From Escherichia coli (GTDB lineage Bacteria; Pseudomonadota; Gammaproteobacteria; Enterobacterales; Enterobacteriaceae): a DNA stretch of 64,000 nucleotides. The DNA lies in NCBI RefSeq assembly GCF_003790525.1, contig NZ_CP033635.1. One strand, written 5' to 3'. The notes under the pieces were generated by a model. The model searched no databases, had not been told where the DNA came from, and saw nothing but the letters and a program-made list of their open reading frames with translations. Of this stretch, positions 47,967-59,375 are shown piece by piece. Made by a program: the position numbers and the translations under genes. Within the stretch, counting starts at the first letter, position 1. Each line of letters begins with the position of its first letter.

Positions 47967-49247
47967 TTATTGGCCTTCACAGGCTGTGTGGTACTGCGCC
48001 AGGATGTCCTGAATATGGTTGATAATGAGTTCCCGTGGTGTTGGCTGCAGCTCGCCGGAGCGAACTTTCACGTATTGCAGCGGCAAATACTGGCTGATCA
48101 GCGGTAGCGGAATTGGTGAATCCGCCAGATTACGAACCAGATGAGCGAAAGCGTCATCAATCTGGCTGTCCGGCCAGTAATAGCGCACGCGATCCGAGTA
48201 GCTATAACCACGCGCCAGACGACGCGCGTTGCCGTCACCGTGGTAGTGGCTTTGCCAGTATTCCGGGCGGTCGAGCATCACGTTTTCCAGCACCTGACGC
48301 AGACCAGAACAGGCTTTTGCTGGTACCAGTTCTTCTTCAATCGCCGCCAGAGAGAACAGAGCTTCACGCAGAGCAAAGGTCAGCGCCGGGCCAACTTTCA
48401 GAATGGCAAAGTGGTCAATCACCAGCTGGCGCAGCGATTGCGGCGTTTGGTAATCAGTAGAGTGCGCTTCGAAAATCAGCGTTTCGTAGTTTTCGACCAT
48501 CTGGCTTAAGGCGGTCGCTTTGACGGGCTGATAATCAATAACGTTGGTGTGATCGAATTCGACGCCGGGTTGAACCACCAGGGCAATAATGCGTGGCCAG
48601 ATGGCACTCAGACCTTGCTTTTCAAAGGCGTGACGATGGGCTTCCAGCGTGGCGCGGGCGGCATCCGGCGTGGTGACCGCCAGCTCGCTTAAGGTTTCAT
48701 GCGCGCCGCCAGGTACCGGTACTTCGGTACCAATGACATACTCCAGATCGGCCGCGCCAAAATGTTCACGGCAGGTTTCTTCCGCCACTTTCGCCAGACG
48801 AGCGGCGCGTTCGGCCACGATGTCATCAGTTAAGGGAATCGGATCGTCCTGACAGGACATGCTGCAATCAAGGTGAATTTTTTTGAATCCTGCCGCCACG
48901 TAGCTTTTAATCAAATCATCGGCATTGGCCATTGCCTGAGCGGCAGGCAGGTTTTGCCAGCGGTTTGGCCCCAGATGGTCGCCACCCAGAATCAACGCAT
49001 CCTGTGGGAAATTCAACGAGTCGGCGAGCTGACAAACAAAGCCGCGAAAATCGGCGGGCGTCATTCCGGTATAACCGCCGAACTGGTCCACCTGATTGGA
49101 GGTTGCTTCAATCAGTAACGGCGTTTGGTTTGCACTGGCGTAGCGGATTGCAGCTTCCAGCACCAGCGGATGTGCGGAACAAACGGCATAAATCCCATTT
49201 GTTTTGCCCTCTTTGTGCTGTCTCACCATTTCTGTCAGATGTTTCAC
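47967..49247 (-). CDS. kbaZ: Tagatose-bisphosphate aldolase non-catalytic subunit KbaZ (AgaZ)
   Basis: 426-aa ORF (GTG start) [55 protein letters not shown]... Confidence 0.9.
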   Translation of the reverse strand: MKHLTEMVRQHKEGKTNGIYAVCSAHPLVLEAAIRYASANQTPLLIEATSNQVDQFGGYTGMTPADFRGFVCQLADSLNFPQDALILGGDHLGPNRWQNLPAAQAMANADDLIKSYVAAGFKKIHLDCSMSCQDDPIPLTDDIVAERAARLAKVAEETCREHFGAADLEYVIGTEVPVPGGAHETLSELAVTTPDAARATLEAHRHAFEKQGLSAIWPRIIALVVQPGVEFDHTNVIDYQPVKATALSQMVENYETLIFEAHSTDYQTPQSLRQLVIDHFAILKVGPALTFALREALFSLAAIEEELVPAKACSGLRQVLENVMLDRPEYWQSHYHGDGNARRLARGYSYSDRVRYYWPDSQIDDAFAHLVRNLADSPIPLPLISQYLPLQYVKVRSGELQPTPRELIINHIQDILAQYHTACEGQ

Positions 49248-49269
49248 TTTCCTCTCCAGTTCAGATTAC

Positions 49270-49490
49270 TGCGATATTAATCTTTCGTTTTGTTTCAGTT
49301 GATACTGCGCCATGGTGAGATAAAAATAAAACGAAAGATAATGGTTTTCTGATCTGATTCACAAAAGAAACATAATGAAAGCCACTGAAACGAGAGTAGC
49401 TTGCGCCAATGGGTAAGGTGGGCTTGCATTTGCTTAATAGAAAGGCGTTAATAGGCAAAACGAAATGAAACGAAAGTTTTACGAAAGGAC
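49270..49490. promoter_or_regulatory. kbaZ/agaR divergent control region with multiple AgaR-operator-like repeats
   Basis: TCTTTCGTTTTGTTTC, AAAACGAAAGATAATGG, CATAATGAAAGCC, AAAACGAAATGAAACGAAAGTTTTACGAAAGG, repeated CTTTC/GAAAG half-sites. Confidence 0.5.
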
Positions 49491-49495
49491 TTACT

Positions 49496-50305
49496 ATGAG
49501 TAATACCGACGCTTCAGGTGAGAAGCGAATGACAGGCACCAGCGAGCGACGAGAACAGATCATTCAGCGTCTGCGACAGCAAGGGAGTGTGCAGGTTAAC
49601 GATCTGTCGGCATTGTATGGCGTATCTACTGTGACGATCCGCAACGATCTGGCGTTTCTGGAAAAGCAGGGGATCGCTGTGCGTGCCTATGGTGGCGCGT
49701 TGATCTGCGATAGCACAACGCCGTCAGTCGAGCCATCAGTGGAAGATAAAAGCGCACTGAACACCGCGATGAAACGCAGCGTTGCGAAAGCTGCCGTTGA
49801 GTTGATTCAGCCTGGTCATCGGGTGATCCTCGACTCCGGGACCACCACTTTTGAGATTGCTCGTCTGATGCGCAAGCACACCGACGTAATTGCGATGACC
49901 AACGGTATGAACGTGGCTAATGCGTTGCTGGAAGCGGAAGGCGTTGAGCTGCTGATGACCGGGGGGCATTTGCGCCGTCAGTCGCAATCTTTTTACGGTG
50001 ATCAGGCTGAGCAATCGCTGCAAAATTACCACTTCGATATGCTGTTTCTTGGTGTAGATGCGATCGATCTGGAGCGCGGCGTCAGCACGCATAATGAAGA
50101 TGAAGCCCGTTTAAACCGTCGGATGTGCGAAGTTGCGGAACGGATCATCGTGGTCACCGATTCCAGTAAGTTCAACCGTTCCAGTTTACATAAGATCATT
50201 GATACTCAACGTATCGACATGATCATTGTTGATGAAGGCATTCCTGCGGATAGTCTGGAAGGACTGCGAAAGGCTGGGGTTGAAGTGATTCTGGTCGGGG
50301 AGTGA
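49496..50305 (+). CDS. agaR: DeoR-family repressor of the aga regulon
   Basis: 269-aa ORF with N-terminal HTH ([33 protein letters not shown]) and DeoR C-terminal sugar-phosphate domain. Confidence 0.93.
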   Translation: MSNTDASGEKRMTGTSERREQIIQRLRQQGSVQVNDLSALYGVSTVTIRNDLAFLEKQGIAVRAYGGALICDSTTPSVEPSVEDKSALNTAMKRSVAKAAVELIQPGHRVILDSGTTTFEIARLMRKHTDVIAMTNGMNVANALLEAEGVELLMTGGHLRRQSQSFYGDQAEQSLQNYHFDMLFLGVDAIDLERGVSTHNEDEARLNRRMCEVAERIIVVTDSSKFNRSSLHKIIDTQRIDMIIVDEGIPADSLEGLRKAGVEVILVGE

Positions 50306-50359
50306 GAAAGGGTGCCCGCTGGTCAACACGAATGCGTTCGGCGGGCATTGTGAACACCA

Positions 50360-50824
50360 TCAATGGGTTTCTTCTGTCTCTCGGGTGAGGGTTTCCCAGT
50401 CGGCAGGAGGATGTCCTCTTTTTAACATTTTGCTGAATACGGTATAGGCATCTGTTTTTTTACCGTAGGTGCGCAGCGTGTTTTCATCGTTCATCCATCC
50501 CAGAATGATGACTTTCTCTTTTTCACTATAACGAAAGAAGAGACGATAACGACCAGCACCAAATTTTACCCGTGACCAGTCTTTATTTTTCCCAGAGCCT
50601 AACGACTTGCCATGACGGAATGCCGGTGATGATGGATTGACCGTGATATGCTCCTCAATCACTTTATGGACTACCGCCAATAACTTTGTGGCGGCTTTTC
50701 TCTGATAATTTTCAGGATCTTTTCCCTTTAATGTCTCGACTTCGGCAACTAAAGCGTCGTAGGTTTCCTGAAAACAGGGATGAGCATATAGCGCCCAACC
50801 ATTAACCCTTTGTGGAAAATCCAT
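50360..50824 (-). CDS. yhaV: Type II toxin YhaV (ribonuclease)
   Basis: 154-aa ORF MDFPQRVNGWALYAHPCFQETYDALVAEVETLKGKDPENYQRKAATKLLAVVHK... Confidence 0.9.
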   Translation of the reverse strand: MDFPQRVNGWALYAHPCFQETYDALVAEVETLKGKDPENYQRKAATKLLAVVHKVIEEHITVNPSSPAFRHGKSLGSGKNKDWSRVKFGAGRYRLFFRYSEKEKVIILGWMNDENTLRTYGKKTDAYTVFSKMLKRGHPPADWETLTRETEETH

Positions 50825-51159
50825 TATTCGTCGTCGCCAATCTCATCGTCAATGTTGACGTCCATGCCAGCGACAAGTTTCTTTCCTTGTTGAGTGTCGA
50901 ATGGACGAGTTTTTTGCGGGTTGTTCTGGATATCTGCATCCAGAAAACGCAAAAATGCATTCATAGTATGATCCTCCTGTTCATCTCCCAGTCGGCACAT
51001 AAATACTTGCCCACCAGGCAGAATTTCGTAATGAATGCTGTCCAGGCCTGGCTTCAGTTTTAAGGCCTCACGCACTGGCGCGGGGATAGTTGTTTGTCCG
51101 CGTATCGTGACCTTTGATTCAGTGGTCAGTACAGCGTTAGAGCGAGCATTAGCGGGCAT
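50824..51159 (-). CDS. prlF: Type II antitoxin PrlF (SohA), AbrB-fold
   Basis: 111-aa ORF MPANARSNAVLTTESKVTIRGQTTIPAPVREALKLKPGLDSIHYEILPGGQVFMCRL... with acidic C-terminus; stop overlaps yhaV start by 1 nt. Confidence 0.9.
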   Translation of the reverse strand: MPANARSNAVLTTESKVTIRGQTTIPAPVREALKLKPGLDSIHYEILPGGQVFMCRLGDEQEDHTMNAFLRFLDADIQNNPQKTRPFDTQQGKKLVAGMDVNIDDEIGDDE

Positions 51160-51307
51160 TATTTACTGTCCTTTTACAGCCTGTTTTCTGCTCAAATTAT
51201 AAGCTTGAACTAAGGTAATGCAAATGCATTATTAATGGATGTGTGGACTTTAAACAATAAAAACATGGCACTAAGGCCATGTTTTGCGAGGGACGTTCCA
51301 AAAGAAA

Positions 51308-52879
51308 TCAGGTCACCGGTGCTGGGTTAAACACCGCCAGCTGGTTATGCAGTCCCCATTGATCCGAGAAAGTTTTCTTCTTCCCGCTGGCGACGTCGAG
51401 AATAAAGTGGAACAACTTCCAGCCCACTTCTTCAATGGTTTCTTCGCCGGTAGCGATAGTGCCCGCGTTAATATCCATTAAATCAAACCAGCGGTTCGCC
51501 AGCTCGGTGCGGGTCGCCATTTTAATGACCGGTACCGCCATCAGGCCGTACGGCGTACCACGACCGGTCGTAAACACTTGCACAGTGATACCCGAAGCCA
51601 CCTGTTGCGTGCCACAGACAAAATCGCTGGCTGGCGTCGCGGCGTAAATTAATCCGCGTTTAGTCGGGCGTTGGCCGGGCGACAGCACTTCAACAATTGC
51701 ACTTTTACCCGATTTAGCAATGGAGCCGAGCGCTTTCTCCACCACATTTGCCAGACCGCCTTTCTTGTTGCCCGGCGAAGGGTTGGCGCTGCGGTCGGTT
51801 TTTCCCATATTGAGATAGTTATCGTACCACTCCATCTCCTCCAGCAGCCGTTTGCCGACCTCTTCGTTCACTGCGCGTGGTGTCAGCAGATGGATCGCGT
51901 CACGCACTTCCGTGACTTCTGAAAACATCACCGTTGCGCCGCAGCGCACCAGTAGATCAGACGCATACCCAACCGCCGGGTTTGCCGTTACGCCAGAAAA
52001 CGCATCGCTGCCACCGCACTGCATGCCGACAACCAGTTCTGAAGCCGGACAGGTTTCTCGCTGTCGTTGATTCAGTTTGTGCAAATGGCGTTCGGCGACC
52101 TGCAAAATATCCTCGACCATGGACTGAAAGCCGACATGCTTTTCATCCTGCAAACTGACAATGCTGGCGCTTTCTACTGGAATAGCTTGCACATCATCCG
52201 TTCCAGTCAGCAGGCGCTCAGGCTGCAACTTTTCACAACCCAGACCAATCACCATTACTTCGCCGCCAAAGTTAGGGTTCAGCGAAATATTGTGGATGGT
52301 ACGAATAGGCACAACTGCCGCCGGTGCGTTAATCGCCACGCCACAGCCGTACAAATGATTCAGCCCCACCACGCCATCGACGTTCGGGTATTTCGGTAGC
52401 AGATCGCGTTCAATGATTTTTACTACATAGTCCACCACGCCTGCTACACAGTGGACGCTGGTGGTGATGCCGAGCAGGTTTTTAGTGCCCACGCTGCCAT
52501 CGGCATTGCGATAGCCCTCAAAGGTGTATCCTTCCAGCGGCGGTAAGGGTTCCGGGACTTTGGTTGCCAGTGGCAGCGTGTGTAACGGCGGCGCTTCCGG
52601 TAGTACAACCATTGATTCGTCGATCCAGCTTCCGCGTGGGATTGCGCGCACGGCGTAACCAATCACTTCGCCATAACGAATAATTTCACCATTAGCTGGA
52701 ATGTCCAGCAATGCGACTTTATGCCCCTGGGGAATATGTTCAATTAATTCCAGCCCATCCGGAAAACGCGTTCCTGCTTTCAGGCCATTATCATTAACAA
52801 TAATTGCCACATTATCTGTGTCGTGAACTTTTATATAAAACGCAGTTGGCGTTTCTTGTCTGATTTCGATGTTGGCCAT
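51308..52879 (-). CDS. garD: Galactarate dehydratase
   Basis: 523-aa [63 protein letters not shown]... Confidence 0.95.
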   Translation of the reverse strand: MANIEIRQETPTAFYIKVHDTDNVAIIVNDNGLKAGTRFPDGLELIEHIPQGHKVALLDIPANGEIIRYGEVIGYAVRAIPRGSWIDESMVVLPEAPPLHTLPLATKVPEPLPPLEGYTFEGYRNADGSVGTKNLLGITTSVHCVAGVVDYVVKIIERDLLPKYPNVDGVVGLNHLYGCGVAINAPAAVVPIRTIHNISLNPNFGGEVMVIGLGCEKLQPERLLTGTDDVQAIPVESASIVSLQDEKHVGFQSMVEDILQVAERHLHKLNQRQRETCPASELVVGMQCGGSDAFSGVTANPAVGYASDLLVRCGATVMFSEVTEVRDAIHLLTPRAVNEEVGKRLLEEMEWYDNYLNMGKTDRSANPSPGNKKGGLANVVEKALGSIAKSGKSAIVEVLSPGQRPTKRGLIYAATPASDFVCGTQQVASGITVQVFTTGRGTPYGLMAVPVIKMATRTELANRWFDLMDINAGTIATGEETIEEVGWKLFHFILDVASGKKKTFSDQWGLHNQLAVFNPAPVT

Positions 52880-53253
52880 TGTGCAATATTCTCCAGCCAG
52901 GGGTTATTAAAATGAGGACCTGGTCTCATTTAAAAATAAATGACTTCATTGGGTGAAATAAGAATGTCAGGAGTTTAAACGCAGAAATGTGATCAATGTC
53001 AATCATTTCAGGGATTGCAGTGCCGCCCGGCAAGGTAAAGCGCAAATCTGTGCTTTAGCGCGCAACCTTATGTGCATATGCTCAAAATAATATTTAAATA
53101 GTATTAATTAAATTAGCATTTGCACAATGATTATTATTCTCGCGCTGATTATACTAATTCCCGAGTTCATTGCCGTAACGGCATAAATAAAACTCATAAA
53201 TAACACCTTCCCCATAATAATAAAAATCAGCATAAGTACCCGAGGTAAATAAA

Positions 53254-54588
53254 ATGATTCTGGACACCGTTGACGTAAAAAAGAAAGGCGTGCATACCCG
53301 CTATTTAATATTACTGATTATTTTTATTGTTACCGCCGTTAACTACGCCGATCGTGCAACGCTGTCTATTGCTGGTACCGAAGTGGCAAAAGAGTTGCAG
53401 TTAAGTGCGGTTTCGATGGGTTACATCTTCTCCGCTTTTGGCTGGGCCTACCTGCTGATGCAAATTCCCGGCGGCTGGCTGCTTGATAAGTTTGGCTCGA
53501 AAAAAGTTTACACCTACAGCCTCTTTTTCTGGTCGCTGTTCACCTTCCTGCAAGGCTTTGTTGATATGTTCCCGCTGGCCTGGGCAGGGATCTCCATGTT
53601 CTTTATGCGCTTTATGCTGGGGTTCTCGGAAGCGCCATCATTCCCGGCGAACGCCCGTATTGTCGCCGCCTGGTTCCCAACGAAAGAACGTGGTACTGCC
53701 TCCGCCATCTTTAACTCGGCGCAATATTTCTCGCTGGCGCTCTTTTCGCCGCTGCTTGGCTGGCTGACTTTCGCCTGGGGCTGGGAGCACGTCTTCACCG
53801 TTATGGGGGTGATTGGTTTTGTGCTGACGGCGCTGTGGATCAAGTTGATTCATAACCCGACAGATCACCCACGTATGTCTGCGGAAGAGCTGAAGTTTAT
53901 CTCAGAAAATGGCGCGGTGGTCGATATGGACCACAAAAAGCCGGGCAGTGCGGCAGCAAGCGGTCCCAAACTGCATTACATCAAGCAATTGCTCTCTAAC
54001 CGCATGATGCTGGGCGTATTTTTCGGACAATATTTTATCAACACCATCACCTGGTTCTTCCTCACCTGGTTCCCAATTTATCTGGTGCAGGAAAAAGGCA
54101 TGTCGATTCTGAAAGTGGGTCTGGTCGCCTCGATTCCGGCACTGTGTGGCTTTGCGGGCGGCGTACTGGGAGGTGTCTTCTCGGATTATCTGATCAAACG
54201 CGGTTTGTCCCTGACCCTGGCACGTAAGCTACCGATTGTGCTGGGAATGTTGCTGGCTTCCACCATTATCTTATGTAACTACACCAACAACACCACGCTA
54301 GTGGTCATGCTGATGGCGCTGGCTTTCTTTGGCAAAGGATTTGGTGCGCTGGGCTGGCCGGTAATTTCTGACACCGCGCCGAAAGAGATTGTTGGTCTCT
54401 GCGGCGGCGTCTTTAACGTCTTTGGCAATGTTGCCTCCATTGTCACTCCACTGGTGATTGGCTACCTGGTAAGTGAATTGCACTCCTTCAATGCAGCACT
54501 GGTTTTCGTGGGATGTTCAGCGCTGATGGCGATGGTCTGCTACCTCTTCGTAGTTGGCGACATTAAACGTATGGAATTGCAGAAATAA
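53254..54588 (+). CDS. garP: Galactarate/glucarate MFS transporter
   Basis: 444-aa polytopic ORF MILDTVDVKKKGVHTRYLILLIIFIVTAVNYADRATLSIAG... Confidence 0.93.
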   Translation: MILDTVDVKKKGVHTRYLILLIIFIVTAVNYADRATLSIAGTEVAKELQLSAVSMGYIFSAFGWAYLLMQIPGGWLLDKFGSKKVYTYSLFFWSLFTFLQGFVDMFPLAWAGISMFFMRFMLGFSEAPSFPANARIVAAWFPTKERGTASAIFNSAQYFSLALFSPLLGWLTFAWGWEHVFTVMGVIGFVLTALWIKLIHNPTDHPRMSAEELKFISENGAVVDMDHKKPGSAAASGPKLHYIKQLLSNRMMLGVFFGQYFINTITWFFLTWFPIYLVQEKGMSILKVGLVASIPALCGFAGGVLGGVFSDYLIKRGLSLTLARKLPIVLGMLLASTIILCNYTNNTTLVVMLMALAFFGKGFGALGWPVISDTAPKEIVGLCGGVFNVFGNVASIVTPLVIGYLVSELHSFNAALVFVGCSALMAMVCYLFVVGDIKRMELQK

Positions 54589-54603
54589 GCAAAGGTATAA
54601 GCG

Positions 54604-55374
54604 ATGAATAACGATGTTTTCCCGAATAAATTCAAAGCCGCACTGGCTGCGAAACAGGTACAAATTGGTTGCTGGTCAGCACTCTCTAACCCGATTAGCA
54701 CTGAAGTCCTTGGTTTGGCTGGGTTTGACTGGCTGGTGCTGGATGGCGAACATGCGCCAAACGATATATCCACGTTTATTCCGCAGTTAATGGCCCTGAA
54801 AGGCAGCGCCAGCGCGCCAGTAGTGCGAGTGCCGACCAACGAGCCGGTAATTATTAAGCGTCTTCTGGATATCGGTTTCTATAACTTCCTGATTCCTTTT
54901 GTAGAAACAAAAGAGGAAGCAGAGCAGGCGGTGGCATCAACCCGTTACCCACCGGAAGGCATTCGCGGCGTCTCCGTTTCTCACCGCGCCAATATGTTTG
55001 GCACCGTGGCGGATTATTTCGCTCAGTCGAACAAGAACATCACCATTCTGGTCCAGATAGAAAGTCAGCAGGGCGTAGATAACGTCGATGCCATTGCCGC
55101 TACCGAAGGCGTAGACGGTATCTTCGTCGGCCCCAGCGATCTGGCTGCGGCATTAGGCCATCTCGGCAATGCCTCGCACCCGGATGTACAAAAAGCAATC
55201 CAGCATATTTTTAACCGTGCCAGTGCGCACGGCAAACCCAGCGGTATCCTCGCACCGGTCGAAGCCGATGCGCGTCGTTATCTGGAATGGGGGGCGACGT
55301 TTGTGGCTGTCGGCAGCGATCTCGGCGTCTTCCGCTCTGCCACTCAGAAACTGGCTGATACCTTTAAAAAATAA
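54604..55374 (+). CDS. garL: 5-keto-4-deoxy-D-glucarate (2-dehydro-3-deoxyglucarate) aldolase
   Basis: 256-aa [57 protein letters not shown]... Confidence 0.93.
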
Positions 55375-55403
55375 CCACCACCGCAACAAGAGAGATGATT
55401 GAT

Positions 55404-56294
55404 ATGACTATGAAAGTTGGTTTTATTGGCCTGGGGATTATGGGTAAACCAATGAGTAAAAACCTTCTGAAAGCAGGTTACTCGCTGGTGGTTGCTGACC
55501 GTAACCCAGAAGCTATTGCTGACGTGATTGCTGCAGGTGCAGAAACAGCGTCTACGGCTAAAGCGATCGCTGAACAGTGCGACGTCATCATAACCATGCT
55601 GCCAAACTCCCCTCATGTGAAAGAGGTGGCGCTGGGTGAGAATGGCATTATTGAAGGCGCGAAGCCTGGTACGGTATTGATCGATATGAGTTCTATCGCA
55701 CCGCTGGCAAGCCGTGAAATCAGCGAAGCGCTGAAAGCGAAAGGCATTGATATGCTGGATGCTCCGGTGAGCGGCGGTGAACCGAAAGCTATCGACGGTA
55801 CGCTGTCAGTGATGGTGGGCGGCGACAAGGCTATTTTCGACAAATACTATGATTTGATGAAAGCAATGGCGGGTTCCGTGGTGCATACCGGGGAAATTGG
55901 TGCAGGTAACGTTACCAAACTGGCGAATCAGGTCATTGTGGCGCTGAATATTGCCGCGATGTCAGAAGCGTTAACGCTGGCAACCAAAGCGGGCGTTAAC
56001 CCGGATTTGGTGTATCAGGCAATTCGCGGTGGACTGGCGGGCAGTACCGTGCTGGATGCCAAAGCGCCGATGGTGATGGACCGCAACTTCAAGCCGGGCT
56101 TCCGTATTGATCTGCATATTAAGGATCTGGCAAATGCGCTGGATACTTCCCACGGCGTCGGCGCGCAACTGCCGCTCACAGCTGCGGTTATGGAGATGAT
56201 GCAGGCACTGCGAGCAGATGGTTTAGGAACGGCAGATCATAGCGCCCTGGCGTGCTACTACGAAAAACTGGCGAAAGTCGAAGTTACTCGTTAA
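55404..56294 (+). CDS. garR: Tartronate semialdehyde (2-hydroxy-3-oxopropionate) reductase
   Basis: ORF MTMKVGFIGLGIMGKPMSKNLLKAGYSLVV... (Rossmann GxGxxG); start chosen at ATG 55404 by SD spacing (AAGAGAG 55388-55394); in-frame ATGs also at 55395 and 55410. Confidence 0.85.
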   Translation: MTMKVGFIGLGIMGKPMSKNLLKAGYSLVVADRNPEAIADVIAAGAETASTAKAIAEQCDVIITMLPNSPHVKEVALGENGIIEGAKPGTVLIDMSSIAPLASREISEALKAKGIDMLDAPVSGGEPKAIDGTLSVMVGGDKAIFDKYYDLMKAMAGSVVHTGEIGAGNVTKLANQVIVALNIAAMSEALTLATKAGVNPDLVYQAIRGGLAGSTVLDAKAPMVMDRNFKPGFRIDLHIKDLANALDTSHGVGAQLPLTAAVMEMMQALRADGLGTADHSALACYYEKLAKVEVTR

Positions 56295-56390
56295 TGACGT
56301 CGTGCCCGGATGGCGTATTGCAATCCGGGCCTGGAATCCAGGCCGAAAAAGAGAAACGCCCTCCGGCGTCATGTGGTAACAGGCATAGGT

Positions 56391-57536
56391 ATGAAAATCG
56401 TAATCGCCCCAGACTCTTATAAAGAAAGTTTATCTGCCAGCGAGGTTGCGCAGGCGATAGAAAAAGGATTTCGGGAAATTTTTCCTGATGCACAGTACGT
56501 TTCTGTTCCTGTTGCCGATGGTGGCGAAGGAACGGTGGAAGCGATGATTGCAGCCACCCAGGGTTCCGAACGTCACGCCTGGGTTACAGGGCCGCTGGGC
56601 GAGAAGGTGAATGCCAGTTGGGGGATCTCCGGCGATGGCAAAACCGCGTTTATTGAAATGGCGGCGGCCAGTGGGCTGGAGCTGGTACCTGCGGAAAAAC
56701 GTGATCCACTCGTGACCACTTCACGCGGCACAGGCGAGTTAATTCTGCAGGCGCTGGAGAGCGGCGCGACAAACATTATTATCGGCATTGGCGGTAGCGC
56801 TACAAATGATGGCGGTGCAGGCATGGTACAGGCGCTGGGGGCGAAATTATGCGACGCCAACGGCAATGAAATTGGTTTTGGCGGCGGTAGTCTTAATACT
56901 CTGAATGATATTGATATTTCCGGCCTCGATCCGCGCTTAAAAGATTGCGTCATTCGCGTCGCTTGTGATGTCACCAATCCGCTGGTGGGCGATAACGGCG
57001 CATCGCGCATCTTTGGCCCACAAAAGGGAGCCAGTGAAGCGATGATTGTTGAGCTGGACAATAACCTTTCTCACTATGCCGATGTCATTAAAAAAGCGCT
57101 GCATGTTGATGTGAAAGATGTCCCCGGCGCAGGAGCTGCGGGTGGTATGGGCGCGGCGCTAATGGCGTTTCTTGGTGCGGAACTGAAAAGCGGTATTGAA
57201 ATCGTCACGACGGCGCTGAATCTGGAGGAACATATTCACGATTGTACGCTGGTGATCACCGGTGAAGGGCGTATTGACAGCCAGAGTATACACGGCAAGG
57301 TTCCGATTGGCGTCGCAAACGTGGCGAAAAAGTACCATAAACCGGTGATTGGCATTGCGGGTAGCCTGACCAATGATGTTGGCGTTGTACATCAGCATGG
57401 CATTGATGCGGTCTTCAGCGTATTGACCAGTATTGGTACGTTGGACGAAGCATTCCGCGGGGCTTATGACAATATTTACCGTGCTTCACGTAATATCGCC
57501 GCGACACTGGCGATTGGAATGCGCAACGCGGGGTGA
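56391..57536 (+). CDS. garK: Glycerate 2-kinase
   Basis: ORF from ATG 56391 MKIVIAPDSYKESLSASEVAQAIEKGFREIFPDAQYVSVPVADGGEGT..., 381 aa; ORF-track start 56310 is an upstream extension. Confidence 0.9.
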   Translation: MKIVIAPDSYKESLSASEVAQAIEKGFREIFPDAQYVSVPVADGGEGTVEAMIAATQGSERHAWVTGPLGEKVNASWGISGDGKTAFIEMAAASGLELVPAEKRDPLVTTSRGTGELILQALESGATNIIIGIGGSATNDGGAGMVQALGAKLCDANGNEIGFGGGSLNTLNDIDISGLDPRLKDCVIRVACDVTNPLVGDNGASRIFGPQKGASEAMIVELDNNLSHYADVIKKALHVDVKDVPGAGAAGGMGAALMAFLGAELKSGIEIVTTALNLEEHIHDCTLVITGEGRIDSQSIHGKVPIGVANVAKKYHKPVIGIAGSLTNDVGVVHQHGIDAVFSVLTSIGTLDEAFRGAYDNIYRASRNIAATLAIGMRNAG

Positions 57537-57561
57537 CAAGGGCGCGCAAACCCTCTATACT
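57533..57561 (+). promoter_or_regulatory. rnpB promoter
   Basis: GTGACA (57533-57538)-N17-TATACT (57556-57561), 7 nt upstream of the M1 RNA 5' end; -35 overlaps garK stop codon. Confidence 0.5.
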
Positions 57562-57568
57562 GCGCGCC

Positions 57569-57945
<377 letters not shown>

Positions 57946-57954
57946 GTTTTACGT

Positions 57955-57980
57955 AAAAACCCGCTTCGGCGGGTTTTTGC
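57955..57980 (+). terminator. rnpB terminator (repeat copy 1)
   Basis: aaaaaCCCGCttcgGCGGGtttttgc. Confidence 0.75.
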
Positions 57981-58069
57981 TTTTTGGAGGAGCGGAAAGA
58001 TGAATGACTGTCCACGACGCTATACCCAAAAGAAAGCGGCTTATCGGTCAGTTTCACCTGTTTTACGTA

Positions 58070-58096
58070 AAAAACCGCTTCGGCGGGTTTTTGCTT
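58070..58096 (+). terminator. Second terminator (repeat copy 2)
   Basis: aaaaaaCCGCttcgGCGGgtttttgc. Confidence 0.7.
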
Positions 58097-58166
58097 TTTG
58101 GAGCATAGTGTAAGATGAATAAATATCTACGGTATTAATAATAGACTTTGTAAGAAATTATTAAGT

Positions 58167-59354
58167 CTATATTGCATTTAAAAGGTCGTAATCATACGTA
58201 TAGTCCTCTCTGGTAAAATATTGCTTCTCTGAGTTATAAGCTTCATATGTGTTATATTTTACGACCTCAAAGCAATTGTCATGAGAATTTTCGTCTTTCT
58301 CTAGTGTATTATCTGAAAGGAATTCCTCTGAGCTAGAATCCTCTATGTTTAAATCTGTATTGTAATTAATTTTTGGAACGATTAGATAAGCATTTTCTTT
58401 GACGCTTTCATAATCTTTAATGATTATATCGATGTAATAATCTATTTTTTCTAATGAGAATGCTTTCATCTCTGGTAATTTAATTCTGTTCAAGTAATTG
58501 TTAATTTTCGATGAGCTTTTATATATTTCTTTTGTTAATTCATTTTCTAATTCATCTGTTAGAGTTGCTCTTGGTATAGATTCTATAATTGCAAGTCTCA
58601 TAATTTTTAATTGTTCTTCGGTAATATCTCCAAGCGCATTTAAACAACTTTCGACAAGCTTAATTTTTTCTTCAGAATACATATCGTTAATGCTTGTTAT
58701 AACAGGCGTTATTTTTAGTAAATAATCCCATGAGATTGTGGCGTTTTGTTTTGAACTAACGAAATTTACCTGAAACATGTTGGCATTAGTAAAATCTGTG
58801 TCATCCAATTTAAAAGGATTTAAAATTGTATTGGCCATATGTTTATCTGTAAAATCATAAAGTTCTAAATCGACATTCCGTAAGTCCAGAGAGGATAGAT
58901 CAACTATACCTCCAGTCCCACAACTAAAGATTACGTTCAACCTCCTGATTTCATTGTAAATGTCTTTCAATGGGCAATTAACATTGATATTGCCTGTGGA
59001 TATTTCCTGGTTTTTTAACGGTTCATTAATTGTAAGTTCACAGGTATTGTCTGATCGTTGGATAATTCGGGCGTTATAACCAAAAAAATCCATACGAAGA
59101 GACGAATCATTATAAAGAATTACATTTTGTAAGTACGCTAATTCTTTTTGAAAATCACCAGTGATAATGCATTTCCCACCTGGTTGTAACGCGTTAAGTA
59201 AAGTGACCATTTCAATAGAGGTCTGTTTTAGTTTTTCTATACCTGGTGCTAGTGCTTCGAGGTTATTAACTATGGGGCTTTCAGGAAGATCATTCATTTT
59301 TCGACGGACTAAATCACTACTAATATCATTACCAATTGATGAAACAGGGAACAT
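58167..59354 (-). CDS. yhaC: Protein of unknown function YhaC (AT-rich gene)
   Basis: 395-aa ORF MFPVSSIGNDISSDLVRRKMNDLPESPIVNNLEALAPGIEKLKQ...; N/K/I/E/Y-rich composition, low GC. Confidence 0.8.
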   Translation of the reverse strand: MFPVSSIGNDISSDLVRRKMNDLPESPIVNNLEALAPGIEKLKQTSIEMVTLLNALQPGGKCIITGDFQKELAYLQNVILYNDSSLRMDFFGYNARIIQRSDNTCELTINEPLKNQEISTGNINVNCPLKDIYNEIRRLNVIFSCGTGGIVDLSSLDLRNVDLELYDFTDKHMANTILNPFKLDDTDFTNANMFQVNFVSSKQNATISWDYLLKITPVITSINDMYSEEKIKLVESCLNALGDITEEQLKIMRLAIIESIPRATLTDELENELTKEIYKSSSKINNYLNRIKLPEMKAFSLEKIDYYIDIIIKDYESVKENAYLIVPKINYNTDLNIEDSSSEEFLSDNTLEKDENSHDNCFEVVKYNTYEAYNSEKQYFTREDYTYDYDLLNAI

Positions 59355-59375
59355 TATTTTATCCTTTATAAATAA

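Noticed and set aside
50306-50360. Hairpin TGCCCGC...GCGGGCA between convergent agaR and yhaV as a terminator
   Set aside because: The stem encloses a loop of about 20 nt with only short internal pairing and lacks a clear T-run on either side, so it is too weak to call.
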